A stretch of DNA of 27,603 nucleotides, taken from positions 1 through 27,603 of the forward strand of contig CAVPJD010000001.1 in the NCBI GenBank assembly GCA_963705165.1, read 5' to 3'. This DNA comes from an uncultured delta proteobacterium (lineage in GTDB: Bacteria > Desulfobacterota > Syntrophia > Syntrophales > UBA2192). Shown here one piece after another: positions 20,535 through 27,603 of this stretch. Position numbers and translations under genes: made by a program. Under the pieces are notes generated by a model. It saw only the letters and a program-made list of their open reading frames with translations. It was not told the DNA's origin and made no database searches. Positions within the stretch are counted from its first letter, which is position 1; each line of letters starts with the position of its first letter.

Positions 20535-21260
20535 TCAGCTTCTTGTTTTCCGAATGGCCTCCTCCAGATCAAGGGCTCCCGTGTAGAGGGCCTTGCCCGT
20601 GATCACGCCGAGGATGCCGGAGTACGCCACGGCCAGGAGCCTGTCGATATCCCCGATCCCTGCGACACCGCCCGAGGCGATGACGGGAACCCTCACGGCC
20701 CGGGCGAGGCGCTCTGTGGCGTGCACGTTCACCCCCGTTTCCATGCCGTCGCGGCTGATGTCCGTGTAGACGAGAGCGGCAAGCCCCAGCCCCTCGTAGC
20801 GCTTCGCCACATCGAGGACATCGGCGCCCGTGGCCTCCGTCCAGCCCTCGACGGCGACCTTTCCGTCTTTCGCGTCGATGCCCAGGATGATCCGGCCGGG
20901 GAATCGACGGCATGCCTCGACGACGAAGTCGCGGTTCTTCAGAGCCGCCGTGCCGAGGATGACCCAGCCGACACCCATTCCGAGATAGGTCTCCACCGTC
21001 CCGAGTTCCCGGATTCCGCCTCCCAGTTCAATGGGAACGCTGACGGCGGACAGGATCTGCCGGATGACCCCGTCGTTGACGGGACGGCCCTCGCGGGAGC
21101 CGTCGAGATCGACGATGTGAATACGCTCGGCACCCTTCGCGGCCCACCGGCAGGCCACCTCCACAGGGTCACCGCTGTAGACGGTCTCCCGCTGGAAGTC
21201 CCCCTGCATGAGCCGGACGCACCTGCCGCCCCGTAAGTCGATTGCTGGAATGATAATCAA
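20535..21260 (-). CDS. hisA: ProFAR isomerase HisA
   Basis: IIPAIDLRGGRCVRLMQGD, HIVDLDG, GGGIR, YTDISRDG, ASGG and GKALY. Confidence 0.96.
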   Translation of the reverse strand: MIIIPAIDLRGGRCVRLMQGDFQRETVYSGDPVEVACRWAAKGAERIHIVDLDGSREGRPVNDGVIRQILSAVSVPIELGGGIRELGTVETYLGMGVGWVILGTAALKNRDFVVEACRRFPGRIILGIDAKDGKVAVEGWTEATGADVLDVAKRYEGLGLAALVYTDISRDGMETGVNVHATERLARAVRVPVIASGGVAGIGDIDRLLAVAYSGILGVITGKALYTGALDLEEAIRKTRS

Positions 21261-21370
21261 GGACTGTTGCTCCGGAACCGGTGGCCCGGTTCTGCTTCAT
21301 CAAAAAGCCGGATTACGGCAACTCCCCGGGCGGGGCGCCGGACCGACCATTCCTAACGGTCAGCCGGGGC

Positions 21371-22063
21371 TTATCGATACCCGGGGAAGGTGTTCAGTAT
21401 TTCCTCGACGCCGTCTTCGGCCAGTTCGGCCGCCGTCACCCACCTGAGCCCCCTTCTGAAAAACGTCGAGGACTGCAGGACATTCTCGGAAAACGACTGC
21501 TGGGTCCTGTCGTACATTCTCCCCCAGACCAGCTCGCCGTCGCTGACCCGGATCAGGTAGATCCCGAAGGTGACAGAAGCCGGGCGCTCGGCCGAGAAGG
21601 CATACCCTACCCGCTCACGGAAGCAGGAAACGTAGCCGATCACGATCCCGTCGACTTCGAGCGCCTTGCCCGTTTTCTGGAGCTGCTGTGCCACCGACGC
21701 GCTCGTGCTCTCGCTTCTCACCTTCTGGTAGACGAGATCGCTCTGGTAGGGCGGAATGACAACAAATTGGCCCGATTTCTCGAGTCTCTGGAGGAAGAAA
21801 TCCTGCACGAGGGCTTCGGCATTCTGGGGAAGCGCGCACGTGGAAAAGACGGTGCCGCTCACGGGACAGCGGACCGCACGGCCGCTATCCCCGGAGGTCA
21901 GTTTCTCGAAGGACACGACGGCAATCTTCTTGAAAATGAGGGGTTCGCCAGCGGTCTCCGCTGCCGTGCGCACCGGTGTGCTCGAGGCGCATCCGACGAG
22001 TACGGTCAAAGCGATGCAAAGGGATGCAACCAGTACATGACAGGTTCTCGAAGAGGTCTTCAC
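21371..22063 (-). CDS. Putative lipoprotein (alpha/beta, CsgG/TolB-N-like by motif impression)
   Basis: Lipobox LVGC after a hydrophobic stretch; KIAVVSF...GKALEVDGIVIG...LIRVSDGELVW; internal CPVSG/C pair. Confidence 0.7.
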   Translation of the reverse strand: MKTSSRTCHVLVASLCIALTVLVGCASSTPVRTAAETAGEPLIFKKIAVVSFEKLTSGDSGRAVRCPVSGTVFSTCALPQNAEALVQDFFLQRLEKSGQFVVIPPYQSDLVYQKVRSESTSASVAQQLQKTGKALEVDGIVIGYVSCFRERVGYAFSAERPASVTFGIYLIRVSDGELVWGRMYDRTQQSFSENVLQSSTFFRRGLRWVTAAELAEDGVEEILNTFPGYR

Positions 22064-22197
22064 GGTTTCCCCCCGCCAAAAGTGTCTCAGGCTGGTGAAC
22101 GGGCGAAAGTACGAACAAAAAAAGAAGACGAGAGGGATCCTGTTCAGAACCTTGTAATCCGTCTTCCCCGGTGCAGATCAGCAGAGAACCTTTATTT

Positions 22198-22785
22198 TCA
22201 AAGGGTGCCCTTCGTCGAAAGGACCCCCCGGACACGCGCGTTCAGGGTCACGGCCTCCCGCAGGGCACGGGCAAAGGCCTTGAAAATCGCCTCTGCGATG
22301 TGATGGTTGTTCTTACCATACATGACGTTGACGTGCAAGGTCATTCCACTGTTGTCGGTGAAGGCCTTGAAGAACTCCCGGATGAGCGCGAGGTCGAAGG
22401 TTTTGATTTTCCGGGCCCCGAAATCCACGTGGTACACGAGATAGGATCGACCGGACAAATCGATGTGAACGGCTGCCAGGCTCTCATCCATCGGAACCGC
22501 GGCGGATCCGTAACGGTTGATTCCCTCTTTTGCCTTCAATGCCTCCCGGAAGGCCTTACCCAGGCAGATCCCGATGTCCTCTACGAGGTGGTGATCGTCA
22601 ACGTCCGTATCCCCGCTGCCCTTCACCGTAAGGTCGAAAAGACCATGCCGGCTCATCAAGGTAAGCATGTGATCGAGGAAAGGAATGGTTGTGGAAATCC
22701 TGCCCTTACCGGTCCCGTCGAGATCCAGAAGGATGCGGATGTCCGTTTCCGCCGTCTTGCGGTCGATCTTCGCTTTCCTGGCCAT
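22198..22785 (-). CDS. hisB: Imidazoleglycerol-phosphate dehydratase
   Basis: RKTAETDI, FLDHML, DDHHLVED, PMDE, NNHHIAEAIFKAF and STKG. Start ATG 22785. Confidence 0.96.
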   Translation of the reverse strand: MARKAKIDRKTAETDIRILLDLDGTGKGRISTTIPFLDHMLTLMSRHGLFDLTVKGSGDTDVDDHHLVEDIGICLGKAFREALKAKEGINRYGSAAVPMDESLAAVHIDLSGRSYLVYHVDFGARKIKTFDLALIREFFKAFTDNSGMTLHVNVMYGKNNHHIAEAIFKAFARALREAVTLNARVRGVLSTKGTL

Positions 22786-22856
22786 CTTTCCTCCCCTGTG
22801 GGCCGCACCATGCAAATGCCTGTAAGGTTCAATCCGCGTTATCGCCAACTGTTCGT

Positions 22857-22946
22857 GAAGTCAGGATGTGAGGAAGAGCAGAAGATCGGATTTGAGATCC
22901 GTTTCTCTCTTTTCCGCTCTTCCGAGGTTCCGATCTTCCGATCTTC
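22857..22946. repeat. Octamer-built hairpin element, copy 2 (inside the his operon)
   Basis: GAAGTCAG GATGTGAG GAAGAGCA GAAGATCG, spacer, CGCTCTTC CGAGGTTC CGATCTTC CGATCTTC. Its reverse complement aligns to 12791-12885. Confidence 0.8.
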
Positions 22947-22968
22947 GCGAATTCTGAGCCTCGGCCCA

Positions 22969-23841
22969 TCATACTACTTTATTGAGCGCATACTCGATGA
23001 TGCCCTCCGCCCCCGCCTCCTGCAGGAGGGGAATGAGGTCGCGGGTGATGCCGCTGTCCACCACCGTCTCCACGGCGAACCACTCCTCGTTGTAGAGGTT
23101 CGAGATGGTGGGCGCCTTCAGGGAGGGCAGCAGCAGGATCACGCGGCCCAGGTTTTCCTTGGAGACGTTCATCTTGATGACCACCTTCCCCATGCCCAGA
23201 AGCGAGCCCTTGAGCATAGTCCGGATCTGCTCGATTTTGCGTCGCTTCCAGGGATCCTCCCAGGCATCCTTGTTGGCGATGAGCTGGGTGTTGGTCCGCA
23301 TCAGCTCGTGCACGATGCGCAGCCGGTTCGCCTTGATGGTGCTCCCGGTTTCGGTGACTTCCACGATGGCATCGACAAGACTCTCGACAACCTTCGCTTC
23401 CGTCGCCCCCCAGGAAAATTCCACCTTGACGTCAATATTGCGCTCCTTGAAGTAGCGCTTCGTGAACTGCACCAGCTCCGTGGAGATCTTCTTTCCCTGA
23501 AGATCCTCGATCTTCAGGACGGGCGAATCCTCGCGCACGACGAGGACCCAGCGGGCCGGTTTGGCCAGCACCTTCGAGTACACCAGATCCTCGACCACGA
23601 TGACGTCCGACTCGTTCTCGGTGACCCAGTCATGGCCGGTGAGGCCCAGATCCAGGGTTCCCGCCTCGATGTACTTGGACATCTCCTGGGCCCTCACCAG
23701 GGAGCAGGAGATTTCTTCGTCGTCGATGTCCGGGAAGTAGCTGCGGCTGTCGTAGCTGATCCGCCAGCCCGCCCTCTTGAACAGATCGACCGTATTTAAC
23801 TCGAGGCTCCCTTTCGGGATGCCCAGCTTGAGTTTTTTCAT
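22969..23841 (-). CDS. hisG: ATP phosphoribosyltransferase (long form)
   Basis: [43 protein letters not shown] and C-terminal PTIS...GAEGIIE. ATG 23841 overlaps the hisI stop. Confidence 0.96.
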   Translation of the reverse strand: MKKLKLGIPKGSLELNTVDLFKRAGWRISYDSRSYFPDIDDEEISCSLVRAQEMSKYIEAGTLDLGLTGHDWVTENESDVIVVEDLVYSKVLAKPARWVLVVREDSPVLKIEDLQGKKISTELVQFTKRYFKERNIDVKVEFSWGATEAKVVESLVDAIVEVTETGSTIKANRLRIVHELMRTNTQLIANKDAWEDPWKRRKIEQIRTMLKGSLLGMGKVVIKMNVSKENLGRVILLLPSLKAPTISNLYNEEWFAVETVVDSGITRDLIPLLQEAGAEGIIEYALNKVV

Positions 23842-24212
23842 TTGTAGACATCCTTCGGGTTGAAGATGAGCTCGCCCACGATTTCCTCCCTGCCGCCGGA
23901 AACCTTCCGGTAGAAGCACGAGCGGTATCCCGTGTGACAGGCCGCCTTGCCGATCTGGTCCACCATGAGCAGGATCGTGTCGTTGTCGCAGTCGATCCGG
24001 ATCTCCTTCACCATCTGGACGTTTCCCGAGGTTTCCCCCTTGACCCAGAGCTCATTTCGGGATCGGCTCCAGTAGGTGGCCTTTCCCGTTTCGAGGGTCT
24101 TGCTCCACGAGAGCTCGTTCATGTAGGCAAGCATCAGGACGTCCTTTGTGACATCATCCTGAACGATGGCGGGAACGAGGCCGCCGCTTTTCTTGAAATC
24201 AGGTTCCACCAT
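23838..24212 (-). CDS. hisI: Phosphoribosyl-AMP cyclohydrolase
   Basis: [31 protein letters not shown] and [10 protein letters not shown]. Confidence 0.95.
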   Translation of the reverse strand: MVEPDFKKSGGLVPAIVQDDVTKDVLMLAYMNELSWSKTLETGKATYWSRSRNELWVKGETSGNVQMVKEIRIDCDNDTILLMVDQIGKAACHTGYRSCFYRKVSGGREEIVGELIFNPKDVYK

Positions 24213-24241
24213 GATGGATATTCCAGTCTCCTTTACACATT

Positions 24242-24289
24242 GGCTACAGGCATCGGGCCTTTGGCCTTTAGCCCGGTGCCTGCAGCCTG
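24242..24289. repeat. Heptamer-built hairpin upstream of hisI
   Basis: GGCTACA GGCATCG GGCCTTT GGCCTTT AGCCCGG TGCCTGC AGCCTGA; the outer arms pair. Confidence 0.65.
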
Positions 24290-24474
24290 ATATATGTGAC
24301 GGGTAATACTAAGGAAATGACCTGATTTTATCAAGCACTATTTTCTTTTCGTCTTGCCTGGCCCTGCATTTTGTGTTAGGAAAAAGACCGTATTTTCTCC
24401 AGGTTATCTTCACGGCAGGAATCGCGGAAGCGTTACAGGCACTTCGGAACGCATACGGAACGGAGGTGAAATCG

Positions 24475-24762
24475 ATGTCAGTCTTACTCGGCGGCGGCGT
24501 ATCGGTCATGCTGGGCCTGGTCCTGCTTATCTTCTGGTACAAGCACTTTCTCGTTCTCCTCATGGGGGCGGTCCCGATCCTTCTCATCATGGGCGGGGCG
24601 CTCGCCGTTTACGTGGGCCTCGACGAGCTGAAGGACAAGATCCGGGAGACCCAGGAAAAGGAAAAGGAAGAGCTCAACAAGGCCCGGGCCGAACTCGAGC
24701 GGGCCAAGGCGGAGGCCGACAAATACCGCGAGGAACTGGAGAAGCTCAAGGACGCTAAATAG
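24475..24762 (+). CDS. Small two-TM membrane protein with C-terminal coiled coil
   Basis: ATG 24475 after GGAGGTG; two hydrophobic segments, then an E/K-rich heptad tail; 95 aa. Confidence 0.75.
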   Translation: MSVLLGGGVSVMLGLVLLIFWYKHFLVLLMGAVPILLIMGGALAVYVGLDELKDKIRETQEKEKEELNKARAELERAKAEADKYREELEKLKDAK

Positions 24763-24801
24763 TGAAGCTTCCCGCCCACCAGGCGGGGCTTCCCGGCAAG
24801 G

Positions 24802-24884
24802 ATGGTTCGACAGGCTCACCATGACAATACAGGGTTCGTCCTCGGTCTGTCGAAGGAGTGCCTGTCCTGAGCGTGTCGAAGGAC
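24802..24884. repeat. Cluster of REP-like GAGCnTGTCGAA hairpins
   Basis: ATGGTTCGACAGGCTCACCAT (reverse orientation), degenerate GTCCTCGGTCTGTCGAAGGA, and GTCCTGAGCGTGTCGAAGGAC (24864-24884). Confidence 0.65.
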
Positions 24885-25215
24885 GCGCCCCCGGTCCCGG
24901 CCAAAAACACCTTGACAGGAGTCGGAAAATCCAATAACGGAATAACCCTGTTCATAAAGAAAGGTTCAAAACGGCATGAGCATCGGCACATTTCTGAATC
25001 AACCCTGCGAATCCCGCCTTCGTCAGTACACCTACATGTATTGATGCCTGCTGTTCACCCTCCCAGGTGGGCATGCAGGCTTCCCGGAACACCCCGCGTT
25101 TTTCACGGTTTATCCCATAGAAGCGTCAGCGGAACCGTTTCTTTGCTTCCGGCCGACGACGGGATCCTATCAATGGTCGCATCGGACAACCAGTGTCAAC
25201 TTGGAGGGCAAAGTC

Positions 25216-26247
25216 ATGAGAAGGGGAACAACGGCAGTTCTGTCACTCGTTTTTCTGCTTACGGCGGCGATCACACTCGGCTCGTGGACGGCAGCCGGGG
25301 CGGCAACCAACCTGACTTACAGTATCTTCTTCCCGCCCACCCATGCCCAGGCAAAAGCGGCGGAGTCCTGGGCGAAGGAGATCGAGAAGCGCAGCGCCGG
25401 CAATGTGAAGATTTCCATATTCCCCGGAGGGACGCTGACCCCGGCCGATCAGTGTTTCGATGGAGTCGTGAAAGGGATCTCCGACATCTGCATGTCCGCT
25501 TTTGCATACACCCGGGGTCGCTTCCCCGTCATGGAGGCCCTGGATCTTCCCCTGGGCTACCCGAACGGCAGGGTCGCCACGCGCGTGGCCAATGACTTCT
25601 ACCAGATCATGAAACCCAAGGCATTGGAGAGCGTGAAGGTCCTCTACCTGCACGCCCACGGCCCGGGACTTCTGCACACGAAGAAGCCCGTGAAAACCCT
25701 GGAAGAAGTGAAGGGTATGAAAATCCGCTCGACAGGCTTCAGCGCCAAAGTCGTCGCGGCGTTGGGCGGCGTGCCCGTGGCCATGCCGCAGGGAGAGACC
25801 TACGAGGCGCTCAGCAAAGGGATCGTGGACGGCACGATCGGTCCCATCGAGGTGCTCAAGGGATGGAAACAGGCCGAGGTGGTCAAATCCACGACGGACT
25901 GTTTCGACGTGGGATATACGACGGTGTTCTTCGTCGTCATGAACCTCAAGAAGTGGAATGCCCTTGCCCCCGATGCCCGCAAGATCCTCGACGACGCGAG
26001 CCGCGAGTGGATCGACGTGCACGGAAAGGCCTGGGATGAGGCGGACAAGGAGGGCCGTGCCTTTACGAAGAGCCTCGGCAACCAGGTCATTACCCTGCCT
26101 GCGCAGGAAAGCGCCCGCTGGAAAAAAGCCGTCCGGCCGACGATCGAGGAGTTCGTAAAGAACGCGGAACAAAAGGGCGTGCCGGGCCGCAAGTCCGTGA
26201 AAGAGGCCGAGGCCCTGATCGACAAGCACCGGAAGCAATATAAGTAG
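25216..26247 (+). CDS. dctP: TRAP transporter substrate-binding protein
   Basis: Signal peptide, ISIFPGGTL, PVKTLEEVKGMKIR and ALGGVPVAMPQGETYEALSKGIVDG. Start ATG 25216 after GGAGGG. Confidence 0.92.
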   Translation: MRRGTTAVLSLVFLLTAAITLGSWTAAGAATNLTYSIFFPPTHAQAKAAESWAKEIEKRSAGNVKISIFPGGTLTPADQCFDGVVKGISDICMSAFAYTRGRFPVMEALDLPLGYPNGRVATRVANDFYQIMKPKALESVKVLYLHAHGPGLLHTKKPVKTLEEVKGMKIRSTGFSAKVVAALGGVPVAMPQGETYEALSKGIVDGTIGPIEVLKGWKQAEVVKSTTDCFDVGYTTVFFVVMNLKKWNALAPDARKILDDASREWIDVHGKAWDEADKEGRAFTKSLGNQVITLPAQESARWKKAVRPTIEEFVKNAEQKGVPGRKSVKEAEALIDKHRKQYK

Positions 26248-26273
26248 AGACGCTGCAACAGGGGATCGCATCC

Positions 26274-26762
26274 GTGCTTCGTACGATTGTCAAATCCATT
26301 CATCAGGCAGCTGCCAGGCTCAACGGGGTCTCGGCAGCTGCGGTCGTATTCATCATGCTCCTGACCTGCACCGATGTCGTGATGCGTCTCTTCGGCAGGC
26401 CGATCCCCGGAACCTATGAACTGGTCGGTTACTTCGGCGCCGTGATTATCGCCTTCGCAATGGCCTACACGTCTGTCGAACGGGGGCACATCGCCGTGGA
26501 GATGCTGGTCGATCGCCTGCCCCGGAGGCCAAGGCATGTCATGGAGGCCCTCAGTGCGCTGTCCGGCGCCTTCCTCTTCGGGCTGCTTGCCTGGCAGAGC
26601 CTGATCTACGCCGCAGACCTGATGGAGAGCGGCGATGTGTCGCTGACCCTCGGTGTGCCGACATGGCCCTTTGTCAGCTGTATCGGTGCGGGCTCGGCAC
26701 TGCTGGTGCTGGTACTCCTCGTGGACGCGCTGCGGGATCTCAAAAAGGGGCTTCAGCCATGA
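26274..26762 (+). CDS. dctQ: TRAP transporter small permease
   Basis: DVVMRLFGRPIPGTYEL...GHIAVEML; four TM segments. Confidence 0.9.
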   Translation: MLRTIVKSIHQAAARLNGVSAAAVVFIMLLTCTDVVMRLFGRPIPGTYELVGYFGAVIIAFAMAYTSVERGHIAVEMLVDRLPRRPRHVMEALSALSGAFLFGLLAWQSLIYAADLMESGDVSLTLGVPTWPFVSCIGAGSALLVLVLLVDALRDLKKGLQP

Positions 26763-27603
26763 CGCCGACCGAAGCCGGCCTCTACGGGTTCATCGTCCTC
26801 GTGGCCCTCATGTTCCTGAAGATCCCCGTGGGCTTCGTCATGGCCCTCGTGGGTCTGCTGGGCTTTGCCTTTCTTGTATCCTGGGAAGCGGCACTGAATT
26901 TGATGGCGCAGGATTTCTCTGCCGTTTTCGGGTCCTACAACCTTACCGTCATCCCCCTTTTCGTACTCATGGGGCAGATGGCACACCACTCCGGGATGAG
27001 CGGCCGGCTGTTCCACGCCGCCTATCGATTCTTGGGGACTCTGCCGGGCGGGCTCGCCGTGGCCACCATAGGCGCCTGTGCGGGGTTTTCGGCTATCTGC
27101 GGCTCCACGAGCGCCACGGCCGCCACGATGGCCGCCGTCGCCCTGCCGGAGATGAAGAAGTACAACTACGACCCCGCGCTGGCAACGGGCGTTGTAGCTG
27201 CAGGCGGAAGCCTTGGGATCCTGATCCCTCCAAGCACGATCTTCATCGTCTACGGGATCATGACGGAACAGTCCGTCGGCAAGCTCTTCCTGGCCGGCGT
27301 CATGCCGGGAATCCTGATGACACTCCTCTTCATCGCGACGGTATTCATCTGGACCTGGAACCGGCCCGATCTTGCCATGCCGGGGCAGCGCTTCACCCTG
27401 CGTGAAAAGATCGCCTCCCTTGCAGGCGTCGTCGAGACGCTCGTCCTCTTTGTCGCCGTCATGGGAGGTCTCTTCATCGGGTTTTTCACCCCGACGGAGG
27501 CGGCGTCCATCGGCGCCTTCGGCACCCTGCTGATCGCCGTCGTCGGCCGTCACCTCTCCTGGAAGGGGTTCGCCCAGTCGCTTGTCGAGACGACGCGGGT
27601 CAG
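26759..27603 (+). CDS. dctM: TRAP transporter large permease, 5' part (runs off window)
   Basis: Not in the ORF track. Manual translation from ATG 26759 (ATGA overlap): ...IPLFVLMG...PGGLAVATI...FSAICGSTSAT...AGGSLGILIPPS...SVGKLFLAGVMPG...FTPTEA. Confidence 0.93.
   Translation, partial: MTPTEAGLYGFIVLVALMFLKIPVGFVMALVGLLGFAFLVSWEAALNLMAQDFSAVFGSYNLTVIPLFVLMGQMAHHSGMSGRLFHAAYRFLGTLPGGLAVATIGACAGFSAICGSTSATAATMAAVALPEMKKYNYDPALATGVVAAGGSLGILIPPSTIFIVYGIMTEQSVGKLFLAGVMPGILMTLLFIATVFIWTWNRPDLAMPGQRFTLREKIASLAGVVETLVLFVAVMGGLFIGFFTPTEAASIGAFGTLLIAVVGRHLSWKGFAQSLVETTRV

Noticed and set aside
24900..25200. Riboswitch or sRNA in the long leader of the TRAP operon
   Set aside because: Only a weak hairpin and a short palindrome (TACATGTA); no recognisable riboswitch motif.

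Overview
GC-rich bacterial window whose gene set (hdrA-like gene, sigma54 two-component system, signal-extended atpE, dnaG-rpoD-tRNA-zinc ribbon-RNase H-rnpB order) suggests an anaerobic Desulfobacterota/deltaproteobacterium; this taxonomy is inference. It is mostly housekeeping: hdrA 5' end, engB, yqeY-dnaG-rpoD, tRNA(CAT), rnhA, rnpB, TPR-SpoIID, ppsA, HIT, hisI/G/B/A and a TRAP transporter. Four things stand out. (1) An apparently intact IS110 element (14099-15282) whose non-coding end folds by eye into a bridge RNA. Its target guides match its own insertion site and its donor guides match its own circle junction, and the target is an 8-nt-periodic intergenic repeat. (2) The rpoD at the dnaG locus has canonical regions 2-4.1 but a rewritten region 4.2 (-35 recognition helix). 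(3) A predicted sigma54 operon pairs an orphan ATP synthase c subunit with a Cache-type membrane sensor lacking an output domain. It is divergent from a small membrane protein, a multi-PAS kinase and an NtrC-type activator. (4) That activator's DNA-binding HTH is out of frame at a G8 homopolymer. Several families of short intergenic repeats are also present.
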